Shown one piece after another: positions 37,173 to 45,050 of a stretch of 55,701 bases of DNA. Below the pieces are notes generated by a model. The model was not told the origin of the DNA. It did no database searches and saw nothing but the letters and a program-made list of their open reading frames with translations. Source of the DNA: a virus (lineage: Duplodnaviria; Caudoviricetes); IMG/VR virus record IMGVR_UViG_3300031740_000002, positions 1 through 55,701 of that record; one strand, written 5' to 3'. A program made the translations under genes and the position numbers. Each line of letters opens with the position of its first letter. Position 1 is the first letter of the stretch.

Positions 37173-37484
37173 ATGCAGACAACCGAGATCGTCATGTACT
37201 GGACGGTAGGCACCGCGCCGGACTGCGAAGTGCGCATCACCGGCGACGAGTACGTGAGCGCGCGACACGCTGCGGTAGCGCTGCGCACCGATGGCGAGTA
37301 CTACGCGAGGGATCTGGGTTCGACAAACGGCACGTACATCGAGCGCCCGAATCGTGGTGATCCCGTGTTCGGTCGACGCGATCAGCCGCGCTCGCACACC
37401 ACGAAGGTCACCGCTTGGACGATCATCAAACCTGGCGACACGTTGATCATTGGACGCACCAGAATCCCGAGGGGGAAGTCGTGA
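37173..37484 (+). CDS. FHA domain protein
   Basis: VSARHA, DLGSTNGTY, PGDTLIIG. Confidence 0.88.
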   Translation: MQTTEIVMYWTVGTAPDCEVRITGDEYVSARHAAVALRTDGEYYARDLGSTNGTYIERPNRGDPVFGRRDQPRSHTTKVTAWTIIKPGDTLIIGRTRIPRGKS

Positions 37485-37489
37485 ACTTC

Positions 37490-37828
37490 ATGAGCGCACA
37501 GGTGCTGTTTCTGATCGGCGGCGCCGCGGCGGTGCTGGTCGGGCTGGCACTGCTCGCCTACGTGGTCCGCGACGCGCGCCGCCTGCGACGTGCTGAGCGT
37601 CGCGTAGTCGTCGCCGCCACGCGCTGGTACACCAACAGCGTGGCCGCGCCCTCGACGGTCGCGGGTGCCATGACCTTCGGCAATCCGGTCTACCAGCGTC
37701 AACTGGAGCTGGCGGTGCGGGCGTACCTCGACTGGCGCCAGAGTCCAGCACGTCGCACCGAGCCGATCCGCCGTGCCCAGCCCGTACGCGTGCGCACCCA
37801 TCGCGGCGGCGGGGGAGGCCACCGGTAA
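37490..37828 (+). CDS. Membrane protein
   Basis: N-terminal TM segment, basic tail. Confidence 0.5.
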   Translation: MSAQVLFLIGGAAAVLVGLALLAYVVRDARRLRRAERRVVVAATRWYTNSVAAPSTVAGAMTFGNPVYQRQLELAVRAYLDWRQSPARRTEPIRRAQPVRVRTHRGGGGGHR

Positions 37829-37932
37829 TGGAGCAGGATCGCGGCCCGCTGTGGCCGACACTGCTCATCGTCGCAGCGCTGATCGCGCTGGTCGTCTTCC
37901 TGGCGCTCTGCGCCGCCCCGAAAGGATGAGTC

Positions 37933-38256
37933 ATGCGTAATCCCCCGTTGACCCAGCAGGCCTGGGCGTCGGCCTACCGCCGCGCTGGCTGGCGAGTGCT
38001 GATTGGTACAACTCTGCTGATCGTCGCGATCATGCTGCACTACGCCGCCTATCAGGACGGACCGGTCGCCATGGTCCTCTCCGTCGTGATCGCCGTCTGC
38101 ATGATCGTGGTGATGCAGGCCAGCGGTCTTCGCGACTGGCTGCGCGGCTACGCGGCCGTTCATCATGCCGACCGCGTAGCCGCCCGCGCCGAAACTGTCG
38201 CCATGCGTGCTAGTGCGGTCAACCCCTGGCGCGACCGAGAAGACGAAGACGCATGA
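37933..38256 (+). CDS. Membrane protein (2 TM)
   Basis: Two hydrophobic segments. Confidence 0.55.
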   Translation: MRNPPLTQQAWASAYRRAGWRVLIGTTLLIVAIMLHYAAYQDGPVAMVLSVVIAVCMIVVMQASGLRDWLRGYAAVHHADRVAARAETVAMRASAVNPWRDREDEDA

Positions 38257-38489
38257 GCGCGACCGGACCGCATCCTGGGCATGATCGATGAGACTGGAGA
38301 TTCATCGATTGCCGGGAATGCAGTGGTGGATAATCCAACTCCGGCGTCGCGGTCAGGGCGATGAGAACTACACATCTACTGCCGATGATCATTTTGACGG
38401 CGCATTGAAGATCCGCACCCGCGTGTGGTGGTGTCTCGCCGTGGACGTGATGTGGGTCAAGCGATAGCTCGCCGAACACGTCCCGATCC

Positions 38490-38511
38490 ACCACTTGACC
38501 CGTCACTAGGT
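38490..38511. promoter_or_regulatory. TGAC-N2-GTCA motif copy
   Basis: ACCACTTGACCCGTCACTAGGT. Confidence 0.8.
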
Positions 38512-38559
38512 TTTCAAGTAGCGTTGTGCCATCTCAGACCGTAGTCGAAGGGGAAGCCC

Positions 38560-39408
38560 ATGCAGCCAGGAATGACATTCGTAGATCCAGCCATGCCGGG
38601 CGGGGGTGGCAAGGCGCCGCGACCGCGTGACCTGGAAGGCTGCCTGGTCGCCTACGTTCCGCGCCAGTTCACTGCGGCCGGCGCGCCGGGCAACACCGAC
38701 GGATACAAGAAAAGCGAGCCACGCGACCGCGTTACCGCAGATCTGTACGTGCTGACCAACCCCGTCGACCTGGCCACCGGCCAGGCGCGGCGCATCCTGT
38801 TCGGTGGCTACCCCGAGGTGGACGCAGACCCGGTGGCGCATGATCGAATGGTGTCCGCGCCGGCGAAGTTCACCGGCGTCTGGGTGCAGAACTCCAACAT
38901 CGTTGTCGCGCTGGCGCCCAACGGTAAGCCCATCCAGGACGGCGTCGTGGTGGGCCGCGTCGAGCGCAGCACGGTCGGCAATCGCCCGTTCAATCTCGTC
39001 AAGATCTCCGGCACGCCCGAGATGAACGTGGCCATCGACATCTGGAACCGGCTGTCCGCTGGAGCGCTGGCCTACAACGCCCCGACCGACCTGCAGGGCA
39101 ACCCGCTGCCTGACGAGTCCCAGTCTGCCGGTCCGGCCGCCCAGGTCGTCTACCCGCATCAGGCCGCAGCGACACCGCCAGCAGCTCCTGCGCCCCCTGC
39201 GCCGCCAGCACCTCCGGTCACGGTGCCGCTCCCGCCTCCCCCGCCGGCACCCCCAGCACCTCCGGTCGCTGCGCCCATGCCGCCGGCCTTGACGCAGGCC
39301 GGCTGGACGCAGGCGAATTGGGACAGCCTTACCCCGACCCAGCAGGCGGCAGTACTGGCGCAGCTGGCCGGCACGCCGGCAGTGCCGTCGACACCCAATC
39401 CCTACTAG
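38560..39408 (+). CDS. Putative ssDNA-binding protein with Pro-rich tail
   Basis: Beta-rich N-terminal domain (RVTADLYVL, VVGRV), poly-Pro/Ala linker; own promoter TTGACC-18-TAGCGT. Confidence 0.5.
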   Translation: MQPGMTFVDPAMPGGGGKAPRPRDLEGCLVAYVPRQFTAAGAPGNTDGYKKSEPRDRVTADLYVLTNPVDLATGQARRILFGGYPEVDADPVAHDRMVSAPAKFTGVWVQNSNIVVALAPNGKPIQDGVVVGRVERSTVGNRPFNLVKISGTPEMNVAIDIWNRLSAGALAYNAPTDLQGNPLPDESQSAGPAAQVVYPHQAAATPPAAPAPPAPPAPPVTVPLPPPPPAPPAPPVAAPMPPALTQAGWTQANWDSLTPTQQAAVLAQLAGTPAVPSTPNPY

Positions 39409-39486
39409 CCTCGAAGCACCTGGATGTCGCCGGCGCGTGGCGCCCCATGACCCACGCGCCGGCAGACCCAACGATGGGAGACGCCA

Positions 39487-40079
39487 TGCAGGCCACGCAC
39501 CGCCTACCCGCCAGTCTGGGCTCGCTGCCCTGCGAGATCATCGGCGAGCCGTTTCCAGGCTGGATGCGCGTCAAGCTGGTCGACGAGTCGAGGCAGGTGC
39601 TGGACGTGATGCGCACGGATCTCATCTCGGCGCTCCCGCCCGAGCCGGCAGACACGATGGTGGTGCTGGTCGTGCCGTACAACGGCGAGCCGGCCTACCC
39701 CGCGCAGCGCCAGGACAACGACCCGCAGAGCCACGACGAATACCACTGGTACAGCTCGGGCAGCGACGACGTGAACAGTTGGGCCGAGGTGCTGCGGATC
39801 GGCCCGGCCATCCCGATGGTGCCTCAGTCCGAGGTCGCGTTGCCGTGGACCGGCACTGCGACCGGACTCAAAATCAAGGTCTACGCCAGCCTTACTCAGG
39901 TGCAACTCACGACGGATAGGCCGATCGGCCTCGGCCTCCCCTTCACTCACGCCGAGGCGAGCGAAGTGGCCCAGGCGCTGACCAGTGCTGCAGCGAAGCT
40001 GCGCAGCACCCTGAACGCCGTTGCCGCCGCGACGGTCCGATCCGTCACGACTGACCTGCGCGCGAGCATCAGCCCATGA
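39487..40079 (+). CDS. Hypothetical protein
   Basis: GGGAG RBS before MQATH; ATGA coupling downstream. Confidence 0.55.
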
Positions 40080-40396
40080 TCACCGTTGCGGACATGCAGC
40101 GCGAAACAGGGTTGACCTATCGTCAACTCGATCACTGGACACGCCGCGGCTGGCTGACGCCGGACAATGCTCACGCCGGCACCGGCACGTCCAGGCTCTG
40201 GAACCGCTCGGACCTGCTGGTTGGCCGACTGATGGCGCACCTGGGGGCGGCCGGCTTCGCCCCCGACATCGCCTATGACCATGCGCTGCGCCTGCTCGCT
40301 GCGCCGACGCGGCCAGCCCAGATCGAGTTGGCGCCGGGCCATCTCGGCGCCCAGGCGCACAAGCTGACTCTCGCGCTGCACTGGCCGCCGTCATGA
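40076..40396 (+). CDS. MerR-like HTH protein
   Basis: TGLTYRQLDHWTRRGWL..G.GTSRLW. Confidence 0.8.
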   Translation: MITVADMQRETGLTYRQLDHWTRRGWLTPDNAHAGTGTSRLWNRSDLLVGRLMAHLGAAGFAPDIAYDHALRLLAAPTRPAQIELAPGHLGAQAHKLTLALHWPPS

Positions 40397-40587
40397 GCGA
40401 TTGGAAGGACGCACGCATGGTGCAGCCGGAGGAAGTCGGCACGCTGGCAAAGTGCATGCACCCCGACTGCCTCAAGATGACGAGGATCACGTTCAAAACC
40501 GAGGTGCAGACCGACAACGGCTGGTCCGCCACCGTGGACCTGTCGTGTGGCCACCGCCAGACCTACAACATTCGCAGCCTGTCATGA
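40393..40587 (+). CDS. Small putative Zn-binding protein
   Basis: CMHPDC and LSCGH; ATGA coupled. Confidence 0.55.
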   Translation: MSDWKDARMVQPEEVGTLAKCMHPDCLKMTRITFKTEVQTDNGWSATVDLSCGHRQTYNIRSLS

Positions 40588-40913
40588 GCGCCGCGGTGCT
40601 GCTGATCCTGACCGTGAGCCACCTCGCCGCGGCGCTCGCCGGTGGCTGGCTGGCCGCCGGCTACGTACGCGCCGGGCAACGCCAGCTCGAAGCCGAAGCA
40701 GAACTGCTGGATCTGCGTCGTCGCTTCGGTCCGCGTCCGCCGACGGTGACCGGCCGCGTGGTCATGCCACTGCCGAGCGTGGCGGGCATGACGGTGGCGC
40801 AGGCGCAGGTAAGCCTGGCGCTGCGTCGCGCACGCCACGCGGAGCGCAGTCTCGCCTTCCAGGCGTTGATGTGGAAGGCCAAGCACCGCGCCCCGGCGTA
40901 CGGCTCGCGCTAG
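40584..40913 (+). CDS. Membrane protein
   Basis: N-terminal TM segment; ATGA coupled. Confidence 0.55.
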   Translation: MSAAVLLILTVSHLAAALAGGWLAAGYVRAGQRQLEAEAELLDLRRRFGPRPPTVTGRVVMPLPSVAGMTVAQAQVSLALRRARHAERSLAFQALMWKAKHRAPAYGSR

Positions 40914-41143
40914 TCGTTGGCCTTCCAGGCCAACCCGCGCTCGATGCGGCGCACCACCTCACGCGTCACGCCGAGCAGCGCGGCCACCTCACCCTGCCCT
41001 GTGCCCGCGGCGCGCGCCGCGATGATGACCGGCACGAGCTCGCGGCGCAGCGCGGCCAGGTCGCTCTCCAGTTGTCGGTACCGGGCGGCCATGAATCGGA
41101 GCCGGTCCACTTCCGTCAGGGCGCGGCGCGTGTTCGTCGTCAT
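40910..41143 (-). CDS. Small HTH DNA-binding protein
   Basis: QGEVAALLGVTREVVRRI; TTGACA-18-CATAGT-7-ATG. Confidence 0.75.
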   Translation of the reverse strand: MTTNTRRALTEVDRLRFMAARYRQLESDLAALRRELVPVIIAARAAGTGQGEVAALLGVTREVVRRIERGLAWKAND

Positions 41144-41228
41144 GCCTACGACTATGGCCCACAAGCTATGCCTATGTCAAATGCCCATTCGGTGGGCATG
41201 ACTGACCGAAAGTATGACCCGTTCAGGC

Positions 41229-41257
41229 TTGACACGCCTACACTCTAGGCATACACT
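41229..41257 (+). promoter_or_regulatory. Sigma70-type promoter
   Basis: TTGACA-17-TACACT in an AT-richer segment carrying GCCTA/TAGGC repeats. Confidence 0.7.
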
Positions 41258-41480
41258 TAAGGCATAACTACAGAGGAACCTCCCACACCAAGGGGACCGA
41301 AGGGCGCCGGAAGCGCCTCGCGGGAACCGGGCCGGGATCGCAGGGGAACCCGAACAGGGCAGGCAAGAGCGACCGGGAGACGTGACCAAAGGGATCAGCC
41401 ACTCACCAAATGCAACGACATGCACAACCGCCCTGGCGCAGCGCGACACCGCATCTGCGACCGCAGCAGCCCAGGGGCAC

Positions 41481-41564
41481 GGACCGCGGGCCCGCAACGA
41501 CGGCAGCCTGAACGAACACCGAGGCGTAAGGCCTCGTGGCCAGGTTCGACTCCTGGCAGGTCCA
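41481..41564 (+). tRNA. tRNA-like element (non-canonical)
   Basis: T-arm CCAGG-TTCGACT-CCTGG; stem CGAGG-N7-CCTCG; GGACC/GGTCC acceptor; oversize D region and no U33. Confidence 0.45.
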
Positions 41565-41605
41565 CTCCCGCCGCCATCCGGGCGGCCAGTCGGAGGGAGA
41601 CCGAC

Positions 41606-41743
41606 ATGGCAAGACAGCGACGTTACTACCACCGGCCGGAATGGCCCGCTGGTCTCCGGCTCTTCATCGGCGACCAGTGGACGCGGTGGCTGTTGCAGTA
41701 CCGGCTGAACTGCCGGGGCTACGTCGTCCGGGGCGTCCGGTAG
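41606..41743 (+). CDS. 45-aa basic protein
   Basis: GGAGGGAG RBS before MARQRRYY. Confidence 0.45.
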   Translation: MARQRRYYHRPEWPAGLRLFIGDQWTRWLLQYRLNCRGYVVRGVR

Positions 41744-42231
41744 CCAAGCCGGCCGGGAGGGTGCGAGGCCCTCCCGCCCACGAAGGACCGGGACCTCCTA
41801 TGGCCCCAGCGGTTACGAACCCGGTCCGCACCAAGCACCCCAGGAGCCCGATCTGTAAACCGGGGGGCGACCTATGGCCGGGCCTGCTGACGCTAGCGGG
41901 GGCGGTTACGTCGCCCCGGTCCGGGACCTGGGAAGCCCATCCCGAGGGACCCGTCCATCCAGGGCGAACTGAGGGGTACGGGTACGCAGGCCGCGACCAC
42001 CATGACGGGCGCGGTATCGGTCGCGAGTCGCGGCCCAGTAACGGCCGGAGCGATCCCGGCCCCTCCCCGCGTCGAGCGCCCACCGTGCGCGCTCCGCGAA
42101 CCCCTGACGGGACCGCCATGAAAGTGGCCGAGGTCCGAAACCACCATGTGTGGCTGCCCGCTCGGGCGCCCGTGGTCGCGCCGGTGAGTACCGGCGCCTG
42201 ACGAGAGTCAGGGATGCCTGAGGAGGCACCC

Positions 42232-42834
42232 ATGAGCATCAACCGCGTAACTGCGGCAAAGGTCGGAGCGTACGGAATCGCCACCGTCGCGGCAGTCGCC
42301 AGCTTCGGCCACCAGATCCACCTCCTCGAAGGGGCGGATCTGCCCCCACTGTTCGGTGTCGTGCCGTCCGAGTGGGTAACTCCTCTGACCGTTGACCTCC
42401 TGGCGATGGTCGCACTGGCGGTGCGTACCTCGGACACGGTCACCGAGGCAACCCGTAGGGCTGCCTTGATCCCGCTGGTTCTGGCTGGCGGGCTGAGCAT
42501 CGCGGCTAACGTCGCGGAGGCTCGAAACCCCATCCAGGTCGTCGTAGGCGTCTGGACGGTGGCGGCGTACATCCTGGCCGAGCTGTTCGTCCAGAAGATG
42601 GAGCGCAAGGCGGCGCCGGCCGCCAAGGCTGCGACCCGGTCCCGCCGCTGGGTTGTTACGCAGTCGGAGCAGGCAGCGCGCAAGCGTGCCGGCTACGACA
42701 AGCTGGACCGCGCGGCGAAAGCTGAGTGGACCAGGCAGTACCGCGAGCGGGTCTCGAAGCGGACCCCCACGTCGCCCGGCCGGCCGCCGGTGCACGCGCC
42801 TTCCGCCGAGGAGGTTGAGCAGCTCGCAGCGTGA
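42232..42834 (+). CDS. DUF2637-like membrane protein
   Basis: GAGGAGG RBS; ASFGH, PLTVD and SIAANV motifs; about 4 TM, basic tail. Confidence 0.75.
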   Translation: MSINRVTAAKVGAYGIATVAAVASFGHQIHLLEGADLPPLFGVVPSEWVTPLTVDLLAMVALAVRTSDTVTEATRRAALIPLVLAGGLSIAANVAEARNPIQVVVGVWTVAAYILAELFVQKMERKAAPAAKAATRSRRWVVTQSEQAARKRAGYDKLDRAAKAEWTRQYRERVSKRTPTSPGRPPVHAPSAEEVEQLAA

Positions 42835-42878
42835 TCGGACCGTGCTGAGCGGTCCGGTTAGGCGCTCGGCACAATGAG

Positions 42879-42928
42879 AAGGGCGATACCCCCGGTTCTA
42901 ACCGGTCGGGGGTATCGCCCTTTTTTAT
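42879..42928 (+). terminator. Rho-independent terminator
   Basis: AAGGGCGATACCCCC...GGGGGTATCGCCCTT followed by a T-tract. Confidence 0.9.
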
Positions 42929-43004
42929 TGCCCACGCCCAGGTCGTGCGAGCCGTGCTACATTGACATGTCCGCACATCGAAATGACCGGAAGGATCTTC
43001 CCCC

Positions 43005-43349
43005 GTGCATACCGTCAACATCCTGCAGGTGCTGCCTCGCCGGGCGCTGTTCGCGCCCCGCTTCACCCGCACCGACGCCGAGCGACTCGCCGACGTCCTG
43101 AAGGCCCTGGCCGACCCGGCACGGCTGCAGATCGTCGCAGTGCTCTACGCCGCGCCGGAGCACGAGATGGCCGTCTCCCACGTCACGGCAGCCCTGGGCA
43201 CGCTCAAGCAGCCGACCGTGACGCATCACCTGCACATCCTCACCGAGGTCGGGCTGCTGGAGTACCGCAAGCAGGGTGTCTGGACGATGTTCAAACTGGT
43301 GCCCGACGCCATCGCCGCGGTCACCGCCTGCCTGGCGCCACCCGCCTAG
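43005..43349 (+). CDS. ArsR/SmtB family regulator
   Basis: LKALADPARLQI, QPTVTHHL..L..GLL..RKQG. Confidence 0.9.
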   Translation: MHTVNILQVLPRRALFAPRFTRTDAERLADVLKALADPARLQIVAVLYAAPEHEMAVSHVTAALGTLKQPTVTHHLHILTEVGLLEYRKQGVWTMFKLVPDAIAAVTACLAPPA

Positions 43350-43354
43350 CCGGA

Positions 43355-44200
43355 TCAGCTCGGCGCCATCCGCCGGTGCGTCTCGTCGGCGACCGCCACA
43401 GCGACACCGGTGGTCGCCGACGGCGTCAGCGCCACACCACCGGTGTTGATCTGCTTCGCGACCTCGGCCGCGATCGCCTCGATCTGGGCCGGCGTCAACT
43501 CTGCGGCCACCCGCGCCCAGTACGGGCGCATGTCGACCTCGGTGATGACGCCGGCCTCATCCATCGCGCCGGCAGTGTCCGAGCCGGCAGCCGCGGCGCC
43601 GGCGAAGCTCGCCGCGCGGAACAGCCAACTACGCTCCTGAGCGTCCATGTCGCCATCATCTCCATTGCCGAGCGCTGCGTTGACGGAATCGAAAAGGCGG
43701 TCCCAGGGATAGTTGGGACCAGGGTCGGTGTGGGTGGTGCCGCCCCAGGCCTGGCGCATGTCGTCGTGGCTGTAGAACGCCATCACCTGCGGGTTGGCCT
43801 TCATCTCGGCGACGCTGGCGCGGCGGACCTGGAAACCGGACAGCTCAGCTCTGATGACCGTGGCCAGCGCGTAGGCCTGCTGCGTCCAGTTGATGTTGTC
43901 CAGCCACTGCTGGCGCGTCCAAGAGTTGAGTCCGGTCTGCTCGAGGCAGTTGGCGTAGTTGTTGCCGTTGGACGATCCGGAGTGGTTGACCTTGTAGATG
44001 GTGTCGATCGACTGGATGACCTCGATGCGGTCGGTGTAGAGGTGCGAGCCGATGCTGTCGGTGCGCCGGGTGGCGTAGTCCGCTTCCTGGCGGGCGGTGG
44101 CCGTGCTGGCTGTGGCGTGCACGGCCCACCCGTAGTGCCGGCCGGCAGGGTTGGTGTAGTAGTTGCGGCCCTGGATGTATGCGATGCCGGGGATTCTCAC
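43355..44200 (-). CDS. Endolysin, N-acetylmuramoyl-L-alanine amidase
   Basis: VHAT, SH, H, E and HTDPG amidase_2 pattern; follows holin. Confidence 0.88.
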   Translation of the reverse strand: MRIPGIAYIQGRNYYTNPAGRHYGWAVHATASTATARQEADYATRRTDSIGSHLYTDRIEVIQSIDTIYKVNHSGSSNGNNYANCLEQTGLNSWTRQQWLDNINWTQQAYALATVIRAELSGFQVRRASVAEMKANPQVMAFYSHDDMRQAWGGTTHTDPGPNYPWDRLFDSVNAALGNGDDGDMDAQERSWLFRAASFAGAAAAGSDTAGAMDEAGVITEVDMRPYWARVAAELTPAQIEAIAAEVAKQINTGGVALTPSATTGVAVAVADETHRRMAPS

Positions 44201-44209
44201 GGCCGGCGC

Positions 44210-44566
44210 CTAGATCGGCGCTGGGTCGTAGACCGGAGTCGACTGGCTGCGCACGATCAACGCCACGATGCCGGCCACCCCTGCCGTCAGGGTCGCGATC
44301 TGGCTCTGCGCCAGGTGCAGCCCGAAGTAGGCCCCGAGCGGCGCCAGGGCGACGATCAGGCCGGACATGACGGTCGGGGCGACCGGGCGCACCAGCAGCG
44401 CCTGCCAGGTCGTCAGGGCCGCTGCGATGAGCGCCATGATGGCCGCGGCCACGCTGTCGGTCAGGCCGGGCAGACCCAGGCCGACCAGGATCACCAGCAG
44501 GCCCGACACGGCCTGCAGCCACAGTGCGGGATCGCGGCCGAACAGCCGCGGCGCCAGTTCGTTCAT
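44210..44566 (-). CDS. Holin
   Basis: LFGRDPAL start, about 4 TM, R..TP C-terminus; adjacent to endolysin. Confidence 0.8.
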   Translation of the reverse strand: MNELAPRLFGRDPALWLQAVSGLLVILVGLGLPGLTDSVAAAIMALIAAALTTWQALLVRPVAPTVMSGLIVALAPLGAYFGLHLAQSQIATLTAGVAGIVALIVRSQSTPVYDPAPI

Positions 44567-44588
44567 GGTCCACCCCCGTGGATGTTGG

Positions 44589-45035
44589 TTACACCGACAC
44601 CGGCGCCGGCTCGGCAGCCAGGTCGGTCTTGAACCCATTGTTACTCATGATCTCGCCGAAGTTGGCGAGGATCTGTGCGGCCTGCGGGACGTTGGCCACG
44701 ATCAGCCGCTTCATCTCGGCCAGGGTCACCTCGGCCGCGGTCGCGCGGTGCTCAGCGGAGGCCGCGCGTGCCTCGGCCGCGGTGGCGCGCAGGTTGGCCT
44801 CCCGCGCTTCCGCCTTCGCGCCGCGGGCCTCATCGCGGGCCATGGCGGCGTAGCCCTGGATCTCCTCGATGAGCTCGCCGTATGACTCGTAGATCTGGTG
44901 GTGGGCGGCTGCGGTCATCTGCACGGCGGTGGCATCCTCGCGCCTGCGGGAGTAGTAGCCCTGCACCAGCGCCGTAGTTACGCTGCCACCGCTGACGCCG
45001 AAGATTCCGGTGAGGATGATCGCCACCCAGTCCAT
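44589..45035 (-). CDS. Membrane-anchored coiled-coil protein (lysis-associated?)
   Basis: N-terminal TM, Ala/Glu/Arg coil; upstream of holin. Confidence 0.65.
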   Translation of the reverse strand: MDWVAIILTGIFGVSGGSVTTALVQGYYSRRREDATAVQMTAAAHHQIYESYGELIEEIQGYAAMARDEARGAKAEAREANLRATAAEARAASAEHRATAAEVTLAEMKRLIVANVPQAAQILANFGEIMSNNGFKTDLAAEPAPVSV

Positions 45036-45050
45036 GTGCGCCCCCCGTGC

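Larger units (their letters stand above)
41264..42215 (+). ncRNA. Candidate large structured RNA region
   Basis: Dense hairpins, several GNRA-type loops, duplicated internal-loop module, tRNA-like module; only one small plausible ORF. Confidence 0.45.

Noticed and set aside
38288-38467. 59-aa lower-GC plus-strand ORF (MRLEIHRL...)
   Set aside because: No motif or clear RBS and competing frames; too weak to call
39170-39290. Apparent tandem DNA repeats
   Set aside because: Coding consequence of a Pro/Ala-rich linker
41537-41564. attP derived from a tRNA 3' end
   Set aside because: No integrase recognised in the window; cannot be tested without a host genome
42104-42160. Hammerhead-like CTGACG-stem-GAAA-hairpin
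   Set aside because: A9 missing, no U-H after stem III and no stem I; not called a ribozyme
42962-42972. TTGACATGTCC as another operator copy
   Set aside because: Right half-site mismatched and flanks absent; may be only a -35 element
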